DNA of 63,891 nucleotides, filler included, from Octopus bimaculoides (lineage: Eukaryota): NCBI RefSeq assembly GCF_001194135.2. It is 6 parts of 5 records of this genome, joined end to end, with 100 filler letters (N's around TTAATTAATTAA, not from the genome) between each part and the next. Parts side by side here need not be neighbours in the genome. Positions count along the whole stretch, not along the records: positions 1 to 10,877 come from NC_068996.1; positions 10,978 to 37,058 come from NC_068981.1; 4 more parts are not named here. One strand, given 5' to 3'. Positions 1-12,505 of this stretch are shown here, one piece after another (the first letter of the stretch is position 1; the number at the start of each line of letters is the position of its first letter). The position numbers and the translations under genes are program-made. The notes below the pieces were generated by a model. The model was given only the letters and a program-made list of their open reading frames with translations. It was not told where the DNA came from and ran no database searches.

Positions 1-41
<41 letters not shown>

Positions 42-69
42 TGTGTGTGTGATAGGAATGGAGAGAGAG

Positions 70-100
<31 letters not shown>

Positions 101-329
101 AAAAAGAGAAGGATAGACGGAGCCAGAGAGAGAGGGAGAGAGAGAGAGAGAGAGAGAGAAACAAGGAAAGAAAAAAGAAAGAAGGGGTAGACAGAGCCAA
201 AGAGAAAGAGAGTGATGGAGAAAGAGAATGAAAGAAAGAAAGAGAAGGTAAACGGAGCTACAAAGAGAGAGAAATAAGGAAAGAAAATAAAAGACAGAGG
301 GGATAGACAGAGAGAGAGAGAGTATGGAA

Positions 330-367
<38 letters not shown>

Positions 368-640
368 AGAGGGAGACGGAGCCAAAGAGAAAGTAGAAAG
401 CGGTAGAAATAGTGTGAGAGAGAGAGAGAGAAAAAGAGAGTGAATGTGTGCGTGCGTGTATTCAAGAGAGAGAGAGAGAGAATTAGAGTGAAAGATAGGG
501 TATGCGGAGGAGTGTGGAGAGTTAGAGAGATAGAGATAAAGAGAGAGGGGGAGAAAGAGAGAAGGAGAGTGTATGTGTGGGTGTGTTGGTGTGAAAGTGA
601 GAGAGGGGGAGTAGAAGGGAGAGAAAAGCCACCTGGATAG
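1..640. repeat. Purine-rich (GA)n/(GAAA)n microsatellite and low-complexity tract
   Basis: Direct: gagaga and gaaagaaa runs; the ORFs here are ER/KE repeat translations. Confidence 0.95.
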
Positions 641-759
641 GAAACAAAACTGTCAAAACTGTTCGTTTTGAAGAATTTGACTTACATATGATATATACAC
701 CCAGGAGAAAATATACACCCAGGAGACGAATTGGAAAAGCAGAAAACAGTCTGTTGCGT

Positions 760-1860
760 ATAAAGGGTATATATATATACGTGTATGCACACTCTCGAAT
801 ACATACGTACATATAGAATATATACACATACCCATGTGGGTATGTGCATGTATGTAGATAGATAGATAAATAAATGCATACATACATACATATATACATA
901 CATGCATACATACATACATACTCATACGTACACACATACATACATGCATACATATATACACACATGCACACATACATGCACACATACACGCATACATTCA
1001 TACATACACACGCATGCATACATACACACTTAGATACTTATATATACACATCTGTACATACATACATAGGTACATACACACACACGCATATNNNNNNNNN
1101 NNNNNNNNNNNNNNNNNNNNNNNNNNNNNNNNNNNNNNNNNNNNNNNNNNNNNNNNNNNNNNNNNNNNNNNNNNNNNNNNNNNNNNNNNNNNNNNNNNNN
1201 NNNNNNNNNNNNNNNNNNNNNNNNNNNNNNNNNNNNNNNNNNNNNNNNNNNNNNNNNNNNNNNNNNNNNNNNNNNNNNNNNNNNNNNNNNNNNNNNNNNN
1301 NNNNNNNNNNNNNNNNNNNNNNNNNNNNNNNNNNNNNNNNNNNNNNNNNNNNNNNNNNNNNNNNNNNNNNNNNNNNNNNNNNNNNNNNNNNNNNNNNNNN
1401 NNNNNNNNNNNNNNNNNNNNNNNNNNNNNNNNNNNNNNNNNNACATACACACATACACACATACATACACATACTTACATACACACATACATACATACAT
1501 ACATACATTCATACATACATACACACATACATACATACATACACACATACGTACATACATACATACAAACATACAAACATACATACATACATACAAACAT
1601 GCATGCATACATACATACATACATACATACACACATACATACATACACACGTACATACATACATACACACATACATACATACATACACACATACATACAC
1701 ACATACATACACACATACATACATACATACATACATACATACATACATACATACACACACACATACACACATATACACATACATACATACATACATACAT
1801 ACACACACACATACACACATACACACATACATGCATACACTCACACGCATACACACGTAT
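760..1860. repeat. (TACA)n/(CA)n compound microsatellite spanning an N gap
   Basis: Direct: acat/atac/acac repeats on both sides of gap 1092-1442. Confidence 0.95.
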
Positions 1861-1890
1861 GTACATTTTTTTTTATTGTTTGTTGTTTAT

Positions 1891-2200
1891 CTTTTACCTG
1901 TTTCAGCCATTTGACTGTGGCTATGCTGGAGCATCACCTTGCAGGGTTTATTCAAACAAATCGACTCCAGTATTTATTTTTTAAGCCTCGAACATATTTT
2001 GGGGTATCGTTTGCCAAACCGCTAAGTTAGAGAACGCGAACAAACCCACACCGGTTACCAAGTAGTGAGGAGGAGGCGACGAACAGAAATTCAATGACAC
2101 ACAAACAGATATATGCAAATATATTAACATCTATATAAACAGTCTCTCAGTCCCCCAAGTCCCCTCACAAAGCTTTGGTCGGTCTGACAGGACACTTTCT
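1891..2200 (-). mobile_element. CORE-like tRNA-derived SINE (family 1), 3' part and partial middle
   Basis: tgtttcagccatttgactgtggctatgctggagcatcacc...ctcacaaagctttggtcgg matches the copies at 44505, 45629 and 58495. Confidence 0.8.
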
Positions 2201-2249
2201 ACATATATACACACATATAGGCACAGATACACACATACATACAAACATA

Positions 2250-2320
<71 letters not shown>

Positions 2321-2829
2321 CTATAAATTATATGCGTAGCTGTTGATATAGATGGATCAAAGTTCGATTGTCGGGTGTTACCAGAAATGTATGTTGATGG
2401 TTAGCAAGTCGAGAAGACAGCATTTTTGTTTTTGCTTGCTATTGTGCTTTTTTAATTATTCGTTTAGCTTCANNNNNNNNNNNNNNNNNNNNNNNNNNNN
2501 NNNNNNNNNNNNNNNNNNNNNNNNNNNNNNNNNNNNNNNNNNNNNNNNNNNNNNNNNNNNNNNNNNNNNNNNNNNNNNNNNNNNNNNNNNNNNNNNNNNN
2601 NNNNNNNNNNNNNNNNNNNNNNNNNNNNNNNNNNNNNNNNNNNNNNNNNNNNNNNNNNNNNNNNNNNNNNNNNNNNNNNNNNNNNNNNNNNNNNNNNNNN
2701 NNNNNNNNNNNNNNNNNNNNNNNNNNNNNNNNNNNNNNNNNNNNNNNNNNNNNNNNNNNNNNNNNNNNNNNNNNNNNNNNNNNNNNNNNNNNNNNNNNNN
2801 NNATATATATATATATATATACACTTGGA

Positions 2830-3360
2830 TTTATAGAAACATGCACGCAAACATGACGGGCCCTTTTGTCGCTTCGACAAATGAAGGTTCAACTTATAAC
2901 TGCTTTGACGGACCATCACCTTATGGCCGCCATTTGCACATCTTTCTTTAGGATCCTTTTAGCAATCTCCGTCGCTACTTTCCACCACCGCCACTGGACT
3001 TAAATAGAAAGCGTGGAGTTGGTATGAACTGGTTTACCGGAACGGCTTGCACGACGTATATGTTATTGTAGTAGCATGATTTGTGCAGAGTCAACCTCTA
3101 TTCTCACATCCTTGAAAATGGGTCTGGCTTAAAGCCGCATCCTGGTTCTGAAGTTCTAGCGTTTCGAAGGGTGTGATACCACGTCGTAGTTTCTGTTGTT
3201 ACCCGGATCCCTAACACTTGTTAGAGTCCCAGCCACGGAATTGCTCCCGGACGGACACTACCGACGCCGTCATTGGGCCCAGTGTAGGTGAAACCTTTCT
3301 GCTCTTTAGCACCTCATCTAAGAGAAGGTAACTCCATATAACTTCTACATCCTGATGGGA
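2830..3360 (-). repeat. Unclassified GC-richer interspersed repeat, possibly a LINE 5' region
   Basis: 3356->3300 on the minus strand aligns by eye with 7910-7965 on the plus strand (atcagg..gtagaa.ttatatggag.taccttctctta...gctaaaga); no long ORF. Confidence 0.45.
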
Positions 3361-3505
3361 CACGTAGCACTCGTTGCACGTACACACACCTATCTACATA
3401 GGTACCTACCTACCTATTTACCTACTTACATGTATAACAGACATACACACAACCAACCATCCATCTATCCATCCATCCACACATACACACACTCGCACGC
3501 GCACG

Positions 3506-3543
<38 letters not shown>

Positions 3544-4368
3544 ACAAGCACACACCTATGTCAGTGTTGCGTGTTTATATTTATATCGGGGTATTCCTTA
3601 TTTTTGGAGTAAATGAGGTGGAGGCTGTCCCTTTCTCTCTCACGTTTTCTCCCCCCCCTCTCTCTCTTTCTCTCCCCTCTTTCAGTCCACTTTTGCTGCT
3701 ACCATACCGTTCGCCGCTGCTGTCACCTTCTGTAAATCCTCTTTTCCTGCTGTTTATGTTCCAGTTATCTACCAATATCCTGTTTATTCACGTAACAATC
3801 AGACNNNNNNNNNNNNNNNNNNNNNNNNNNNNNNNNNNNNNNNNNNNNNNNNNNNNNNNNNNNNNNNNNNNNNNNNNNNNNNNNNNNNNNNNNNNNNNNN
3901 NNNNNNNNNNNNNNNNNNNNNNNNNNNNNNNNNNNNNNNNNNNNNNNNNNNNNNNNNNNNNNNNNNNNNNNNNNNNNNNNNNNNNNNNNNNNNNNNNNNN
4001 NNNNNNNNNNNNNNNNNNNNNNNNNNNNNNNNNNNNNNNNNNNNNNNNNNNNNNNNNNNNNNNNNNNNNNNNNNNNNNNNNNNNNNNNNNNNNNNNNNNN
4101 NNNNNNNNNNNNNNNNNNNNNNNNNNNNNNNNNNNNNNNNNNNNNNNNNNNNNNNNNNNNNNNNNNNNNNNNNNNNNNNNNNNNNNNNNNNNNNNNNNNN
4201 NNNNNNNNNNNNNNNNNNNNNNNNNNNNNNNNNNNNNNNNNNNNNNNNNNNNNNNNNNNNNNNNNNNNNNNNNNNNNNNNNNNNNNNNNNNNNNNNNNNN
4301 NNNNNNNNNNNNNNNNNNNNNNNNNNNNNNNNNNNNNNNNNNNNNNNNNNNNNNNNNNNNNNNNNNNN

Positions 4369-4428
<60 letters not shown>

Positions 4429-4773
4429 ACAGAGAGAAAACAAGAGCGGAGAGAGTACAAGCTAAAACAAAATATAAGCAAATAAAAAGTCAAATCAAAT
4501 TTCCGTCTAATCATTTTATAATTCATGTATGTGTATACGTGTGTGTATACATGTGTGTATAAGTGTGTGTGTGTGTAAATGTAGCCTTTTCCTTTTACAG
4601 GAGGTTTATCTATCTATCTATCTATCTATCTGACTATCTGTTTGTCCCTCTGTCTGCCAGTCCATCTGTCTTTTGTTTGTCGATCTGTCCATCTTTCTAG
4701 CTGTGTATATATCTGTTTGTATTTCGATGTACACACATACACACATGCACATGCATACACGGACATACATATC

Positions 4774-4819
<46 letters not shown>

Positions 4820-5544
4820 NNNNNNNNNNNNNNNNNNNNNNNNNNNNNNNNNNNNNNNNNNNNNNNNNNNNNNNNNNNNNNNNNNNNNNNNNNNNNNNNN
4901 NNNNNNNNNNNNNNNNNNNNNNNNNNNNNNNNNNNNNNNNNNNNNNNNNNNNNNNNNNNNNNNNNNNNNNNNNNNNNNNNNNNNNNNNNNNNNNNNNNNN
5001 NNNNNNNNNNNNNNNNNNNNNNNNNNNNNNNNNNNNNNNNNNNNNNNNNNNNNNNNNNNNNNNNNNNNNNNNNNNNNNNNNNNNNNNNNNNNNNNNNNNN
5101 NNNNNNNNNNNNNNNNNNNNNNNNNNNNNNNNNNNNNNNNNNNNNNNNNNNNNNNNNNNNNNNNNNNNNNNNNNNNNNNNNNNNNNNNNNNNNNNNNNNN
5201 NNNNNNNNNNNNNNNNNNNNNNNNNNNNNNNNNNNNNNNNNNNNNNNNNNNNNNNNNNNNNNNNNNNNNNNNNNNNNNNNNNNATGTCTCCTTGTGTGTG
5301 CGTATGTGTATATGGTCATGTGTTTCAGTTTTCTTTTGTGTGTGTATGTGTGTATGTGTGTGGGTGTGCGTGTGTGCGTGTGTGTGTGTGCTTGTCTGTT
5401 CTTATTACTTATGTACTTATCTATCTACTTATTTGTTTACTTACATATCAATTTACCTATTTATATATATATACGTCTACATATCAGCATACTAATAAAT
5501 CTTCCTGTGTATGCATAAACTGTGGATATTGGAATATCACTATC

Positions 5545-6261
5545 TTCTACGTATATCTCCTATTTAGTACTGGGGATGTTTCATTTATGAGGACGTACTC
5601 CTGTACTTGTCTGAGTGTTGGGTCCTTCGGGTGCGGATGTCAAGTCGACCCAGTATGTCTTTGGCATGTTGGTAGAGTATGGAGTACTGTTTCTTGTCAT
5701 ATTGTCTTAAATGACCATTTAGTCTCTCCGCAATGCTTCTAGATGTCTCACCTTGTATGTCATGTTCTTGTCTTTACAGGCACCCTCTGTGCACCTTTAT
5801 GCTGTAGACTACATTTCTAGCTCTACAGTTAATGCCATGGTTAATCTTACATATGCAGTTATCATTGGTGCATATGGTATTCTCAAAGGGGTATGTCCTA
5901 CATAATTGTGATCTGATGGAGCTTCCTGACTTTTCAACAATTTTAATGTTGAGTTCAGTCTCCTTCAGAGCTTTCCTAAATCTACGGGCTAGTTTTCCAT
6001 GGGTTGTGGCCCCTACAAACATCATTCCTTGATATTTGTCGGCTTTGTACCATGTGTTCACTCTGTTTGCTTTGCCACAAACTCTCTGTATCCTATTCTA
6101 TATCTAGGGCAGGGACCACTGGTTCCATTACTTATAATGCTATCTAACTTCTTTCTAGCTCCCCTGTAGACCCGAACCCTATCTTTCTGGTCATATCCAG
6201 AGTATTGCATGCGGTGCAAGAAGTTTGTGGCAACTACAATATTAATGTCATCTACATACCT
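5545..6261 (-). mobile_element. Penelope-like retroelement remnant (RT motif joined to C-terminal GIY-YIG region), frameshifted
   Basis: Translations RYVDDI, FLHRMQYSGY, MFVGAT..KIVEKSGSSIRSQLCRTYPF..C..C..C..NVVYSIK, GETSRSIAERLNGH and RQVQEYVLINETSPVLNRR fit the Penelope RT/GIY-YIG layout. Confidence 0.85.
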
Positions 6262-6551
6262 ACAGTAAAGCAAAACAGTTGTGAAAAGGGGAAAAATAAA
6301 TATATATAGATACACATACACATGCACACTCATACACATGCACACTCATACACATTTATATACATAGATAAAAAGCTATCAACACTATACAATCAATCAC
6401 TTATAAAACTTCCCGCGCCTTCGGCACGCATGCCAGTGACAGACAGACAGACGGACAGATAGACAGAGAGATTCGTGAGTAGCTAAAAATATACGTGCAT
6501 AGGTTTAGTGATACAAAGAGGAAAATCGAACACGAAGCGCATGCACGCGCG

Positions 6552-6601
<50 letters not shown>

Positions 6602-7399
6602 TTGTTGCTATTTATCATCGGAGTCACTCCAGAGCAAAACGTTTCGGGCATTGGCATTTAGCAAATATGCTTGATAAGTACCAATACACGNNNNNNNNNN
6701 NNNNNNNNNNNNNNNNNNNNNNNNNNNNNNNNNNNNNNNNNNNNNNNNNNNNNNNNNNNNNNNNNNNNNNNNNNNNNNNNNNNNNNNNNNNNNNNNNNNN
6801 NNNNNNNNNNNNNNNNNNNNNNNNNNNNNNNNNNNNNNNNNNNNNNNNNNNNNNNNNNNNNNNNNNNNNNNNNNNNNNNNNNNNNNNNNNNNNNNNNNNN
6901 NNNNNNNNNNNNNNNNNNNNNNNNNNNNNNNNNNNNNNNNNNNNNNNNNNNNNNNNNNNNNNNNNNNNNNNNNNNNNNNNNNNNNNNNNNNNNNNNNNNN
7001 NNNNNNNNNNNNNNNNNNNNNNNNNNNNNNNNNNNNNNNNNNNNNNNNNNNNNNNNNNNNNNNNNNNNNNNNNNNNNNNNNNNNNNNNNNNNNNNNNNNN
7101 NNNNNNNNNNNNNNNNNNNNNNNNNNNNNNNNNNNNNNNNNNNNNNNNNNNNNNNNNNNNNNNNNNNNNNNNNNNNNNNNNNNNNNNNNNNNNNNNNNNN
7201 NNNNNNNNNNNNNNNNNNNNNNNNNNNNNNNNNNNNNNNNNNNNNNNNNNNNNNNNNNNNNNNNNNNNNNNNNNNNNNNNNNNNNNNNNNNNNNNNNNNN
7301 NNNNNNNNNNNNNNNNNNNNNNNNNNNNNNNNNNNNNNNNNNNNNNNNNNNNNNNNNNNNNNNNNNNNNNNNNNNNNNNNNNNNNNNNNNNNNNNNNNN

Positions 7400-7505
7400 C
7401 ACCTCCTCTACAGCACCTCCTCTACAGCACCTCCTCTACAGCACCTCCTCTACAGCACCTCCTCTACAGCACCTCCTCTACAGCACCTCCTCTACAGCAC
7501 CTCCA
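7400..7505. repeat. 14-bp minisatellite (CACCTCCTCTACAG) x7 plus a partial unit, running into a gap
   Basis: Direct count of exact units. Confidence 0.95.
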
Positions 7506-7690
7506 AACACTGATGCCATACCAGAGGCAAATTTCTCCAGCTTTGAAAACTCATCATCAGGTAAGCAGTGATAAAATTCAACAAGTCTCCATTCCCTGTG
7601 CTTCTCTTTCAACAAATCATTTGCTTGCAAATTAATGAGATACTTACCTCTTATGAGCTCCTTCAACACACAAATAGGCAAAATATATGA
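7506..7690 (-). mobile_element. hAT (Charlie/SPIN-like) transposase C-terminal fragment
   Basis: LINLQANDLLKEKHREWRLVEFYHCLPDDEFSKLEKFASGMASVFG resembles the LIDLQ..LK.K....FY..L....F..L...A....SMFG segment that precedes the hAT dimerisation motif. Confidence 0.7.
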
Positions 7691-7789
7691 CACAATTCAC
7701 TAAAGTCAGTCCCTTTTTATATATGGCACTCTTCAAACCGGTTTAAACACAGTAATGCAAGCTAAAACACGATCGCTGCGGGAATGAAC

Positions 7790-7990
7790 TCTCATTGTAG
7801 GTTCTTACACAAAAGGTATAGGACGGACCGGATGAACTAAGCTCGCTGGCCATAGTTTGGTGACCCCACCCTCTGGTCTAATGCAACAAGTACCAGGAGC
7901 CCAGAAGTTATCAGGTCGTAGAATTTATATGGAGATACCTTCTCTTAAAAGAGAAGCTAAAGATTTGAAGGATCTCATATGCCCTAGGTT
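7790..7990 (+). repeat. Second copy of the unclassified repeat at 2830-3360
   Basis: Shared ~55-nt core with 3300-3356 in the opposite orientation. Confidence 0.45.
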
Positions 7991-8753
7991 CGACGCGAGT
8001 AGCTGTGAGTTACCTTCTTTTGAACGCAATTTTGTGACATGTTAATTAACTTATAGATGGAATCCTGATAGGTTCTACAATTCCAGGTTGGAGTAAAGCA
8101 CGTCTCAAAACATTGTACGTAAAGAATTAAGATATTTTAAAGAATTAGTTGTCGACAGAAATTTCTTAAGACTACCATCCACTTGGAAAAAGTAAAAGTT
8201 ATGTTAGTGTTAATTTGTTAAGTGCAAATAGCATTAAATAAATTGGTACTAATCACGCTAATTAGAAGCGTACAGCTAATTATAGTTAACTGTAATAAAC
8301 CTTTGTAACTTTTTTTAAAAGTTAACTCACCGAATTCATTGACTAGTGAAATGAATACGGTTGAAATCCGTCTTTACCCAACAGAAAACAAAAATAAGCG
8401 ACTTCGCATCTTTCAAATCCAATTAATTAGTGGCTATTTGAGATTTTAAAAGCATTTCTAAGACTAGATTTCATTTGAGTTATCTTGGAGGAACACACAC
8501 ACACACACACACAAAGATGCAAATACATTCATACATACATACATACATACATACATACGTATTTCGAAACGTCTAGTTAGAATAGAGGCAGCTGACGAAG
8601 GATTAATTCCAAGTGGCTATCTGTTTTCCTATGTGTTCGTTCCGTGGTTTGTAGTTCATTGTTCTAACGTCCTGTACCCTGATATGCAGCTATATACACA
8701 TGTAGATGTAAGTATGTACATATATGTGTATATACATGCATATTTATTCTTTG

Positions 8754-8826
<73 letters not shown>

Positions 8827-9560
8827 TATGCATATATACATACATATGTTTTATCTTTATAATTCTGATGCGCACTCTATCCCTCTCTATTCTTTCTATG
8901 TATCTCCCTCTCTTGTTCTTCTTCCTTTCTGTTTTACTCTCCCACTCTTTTCCTATTCTTCTCCTCTCCCCTTCACTGTTCCCTCTCTCTCTCTCTCTCA
9001 CTCTTCCTCCTTGACTCTCGTTGCTCACACGTGACCAACCTCCTTTCTTCCACTTCCTTCCTAAAGACAAGACGTGCTTTTGCCTGTCTCTTCTCAAAGC
9101 TTGTTTTTCCAGCGTTGACCACTTCACATCGTCTTGGCTTAGCAGCCCTCACCGTTTGTTCTCACTGTCCTGTTTTTGTTACCACTTTAACCCTCCGCAA
9201 AAAATCCCAAATTTTATTTAATTTGCTTTACGGGATGGTCTGTTTTAACGAAGTCGCGTCTTGTCTCTACTTTCGAAACGCGGAGAAGATAAAATAGGGG
9301 ACAACTGATAAAGGGAATGTTCTTTATGTTACCTGTCTCGTTTCTCTATTTGCTTCTTTTGTTGTTCGAAAAAAGTTCGCTTTCTGTGTTTTTGTTTTTC
9401 ATGTTCTCGTTTCTCATTTTTGATGTCCTGTACTCATATATGTATGTATATATACATATATATGTAGGTATGTACATATATGTATGGATATATGCATATA
9501 TTTATATATTATTTATTTTATTATATGATCGAACGCCACGCATCCATTTTCAAGTAAATT

Positions 9561-9593
<33 letters not shown>

Positions 9594-9615
9594 CATCTAT
9601 ATACATACATACATG

Positions 9616-9735
<120 letters not shown>

Positions 9736-9940
9736 TGTGTATGTGTGTGTCTTTGTGTTTGCGTTTGTCCCCCACCACCGTTTGACAACCGGTGACGGTA
9801 TGTTTACGTCCCCGTAATTTAGCTGTTCAGCAAAAGATACCGATAGCATAAGTCCTAGGGTCGATTTGTTCGAGTAAAATGCTTCAAGGCGGTGCCCCAG
9901 TATGGCCGCAGTCAAATGACTGAAACAAGTACAAGAAAAA
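9736..9940 (+). mobile_element. CORE-like SINE family 1, 3' half
   Basis: gtttgtcccccaccaccgtttgacaaccgg...gccgcagtcaaatgactgaaacaagt is the reverse complement of the family 1 3' part. Confidence 0.85.
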
Positions 9941-10015
9941 TTATAAAAGATATATGCAGAGCATCACATGCATACATATAGTACACACAAGCATAGATAC
10001 ACACTTATACATTTA

Positions 10016-10301
10016 GTTGGCATTCCGTCGATGTCGACGATGCGGATTCCAGTTGATTCGATCAGTGGAACAACCTACTCAGGGATCAGCTGAATACTCT
10101 ACAGACATGGATATGCTTAACGTAATGGAAAAGGTCAACCCTTTGAAATATAGGTACAACTCGTTTGGTACACTCGAGTGGATTGGAGCAACGCGAAATA
10201 AAGTGTCTTGCTCAACAAGGACACAACACTCCGCTGGAAATCGAACTCACGACCTTTCGACCGTGAGCCGAACACCGTTACCACTAAACCACGCACCTTC
10301 A
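10016..10301 (-). mobile_element. tRNA-derived SINE family 3, diverged
   Basis: Shares its tail (gttggcattccgtcg...ccagttgattcgatca) and a tRNA-like head with the copy at 49048-49429. Confidence 0.75.
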
Positions 10302-10808
10302 TATATATATATCTTTATGTGTATATATATATTTACATAAAAAGCAGGCACACACATGTAGTAAAATAAAAACTTACCATCACCATTTCCCGCAAAGCAT
10401 GTATAACACACACACAAACACTCGCGNNNNNNNNNNNNNNNNNNNNNNNNNNNNNNNNNNNNNNNNNNNNNNNNNNNNNNNNNNNNNNNNNNNNNNNNNN
10501 NNNNNNNNNNNNNNNNNNNNNNNNNNNNNNNNNNNNNNNNNNNNNNNNNNNNNNNNNNNNNNNNNNNNNNNNNNNNNNNNNTACACATATATATATATCT
10601 TTATGTGTATATATATATTTACATAAAAAGCAGGCACACACATGTAGTAAAATAAAAACTTACCATCACCATTTCCCGCAAAGCATGTATAACACACACA
10701 CAAACACTCGCGAGCACACACTCACATACACACACGCTCAAACATACTTACACACACATTTACATATACTCACATACGCACACATTTACACATACTCACA
10801 CACGCTCA

Positions 10809-10877
<69 letters not shown>

Positions 10878-10977
10878 NNNNNNNNNNNNNNNNNNNNNNN
10901 NNNNNNNNNNNNNNNNNNNNNTTAATTAATTAANNNNNNNNNNNNNNNNNNNNNNNNNNNNNNNNNNNNNNNNNNNN
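10878..10977. other. Assembly gap token: 44 N + TTAATTAATTAA + 44 N
   Basis: The same 100-bp token recurs at 37059, 40797, 59428 and 62408; the 12-mer is palindromic with stops in all six frames. Confidence 0.95.
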
Positions 10978-11758
10978 TATATATATATATATATATATAT
11001 ATATGAATAAGATTGTGGTTAAGGATTATTGCAGTCCGTTGCCTAAAACCACTAAAAGGATACAAGAATATACTTACATACATATATACGTACATGTACA
11101 CGCGTGCACACACGTGTGTACACACACATGCACACATACGTGCGTACACACACATGCACACACACTCATATATAAATGTGTGTTTCTATGTATGTACGTA
11201 TTTAAGGTTGTATGACTGAGGATAATTTCTCAGTTATCCGACTTCAGGTTCTATTCAAATGTAGAATGAAACAAATATCCTCGCTTGAGAAATAATTGTG
11301 GGTGATATTTTTAGACGGAAACTCTATAGAAGCCTGTGGCATATTGAGGTCTGTATGACGTATGTGTCTATGTCGTGTCAGAGTTGAAATTTACACTACT
11401 TTAAAAATTTAGTTCGTGCTGTATTTGACAATGTCCTACGTAGTAGCGGCTCAGCAATCGATAGCAAAAATTGAATTCCAGATGAAATAAGCAGGAGAGT
11501 CATTTTGTTCGATTAAATCCATTGAAAGATTCCTTCAGATTTTCCTAAGAAGAATGACGAACATAAGGAAAGAAAAGAAACAATATAATTCGAGTATACC
11601 TTAGTTGATTTCGACGGAAATTGCTACACACAGCAGCTAAATTTCCTTCTACACTCAGACTATATGCTATTCTAATTAATATATAATGGAAACATCAGCT
11701 CTACATCAATTCAGAAAGAATTAGCGCTTCCATCAAGACAAGAATGTCTTTGCAAATT

Positions 11759-12505
11759 GGATCTTTTTTAAAACGGGGGCCACATTTTTCATTAACGAAA
11801 CACTTTGAAACTTGGAACACTGGTAGAATGTGTCATATAAAACATCTTTTTCTCTTAGTTTTCTTAAAAAAAAAAAGAAATCCATAAGTTATTCCATGTT
11901 ATAGTTGTCGTATTTCTGTAATTTCAACCAATCATTGACGTCCATTCAGCCGATATACATTAAGTGCCGACTACAAAAACAAACGATTCTGAAACAATTA
12001 ACCCTAACCCTAACCCTAACCCTAAACCTAACCCTAACCGTAACCCTAACCCTACGGTTAGGGTTAGGGTTANNNNNNNNNNNNNNNNNNNNNNNNNNNN
12101 NNNNNNNNNNNNNNNNNNNNNNNNNNNNNNNNNNNNNNNNNNNNNNNNNNNNNNNNNNNNNNNNNNNNNNNNNNNNNNNNNNNNNNNNNNNNNNNNNNNN
12201 NNNNNNNNNNNNNNNNNNNNNNNNNNNNNNNNNNNNNNNNNNNNNNNNNNNNNNNNNNNNNNNNNNNNNNNNNNNNNNNNNNNNNNNNNNNNNNNNNNNN
12301 NNNNNNNNNNNNNNNNNNNNNNNNNNNNNNNNNNNNNNNNNNNNNNNNNNNNNNNNTTTTTACATGAAATAAATTCGAATACAAAAATATTTTTCTGTTC
12401 TATAACACAAAATAGATAAGTATACGAAGTTTGAAAGTCTTTCCGTACCAAAAACACTACGTAAAACATTAATGAAAACTGTGGCCCCCGTTTTAAAATA
12501 GATCC
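11759..12505. mobile_element. Inverted-repeat (MITE/foldback-like) element with internal telomeric repeats
   Basis: 11759-11795 ggatcttttttaaaacgggggccacatttttcattaa is the near-exact reverse complement of 12469-12505. Confidence 0.65.
11998..12072. repeat. Interstitial telomeric repeat, (TAACCC)n switching to (GGGTTA)n
   Basis: Direct: about 9 C-rich units, then at least 3 G-rich units up to a gap. Confidence 0.95.

Noticed and set aside
43-2030. Long ORFs of 100-346 aa rich in HTYI/MYVC/ER
   Set aside because: Translations of (TACA)n, (CA)n and (GA)n microsatellites and N-runs; the same applies to most long ORFs in the track
10300-10711. Identical ~125-bp block on both sides of gap 10427-10581
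   Set aside because: Exact duplication flanking a gap is the signature of an unmerged contig overlap; likewise 17128-17340 and 56858-56950
11998-12072. Chromosome-fusion scar interpretation of the telomeric repeats
   Set aside because: Polarity is (CCCTAA)n then (TTAGGG)n, opposite to an end-to-end fusion, and the tract lies inside inverted arms
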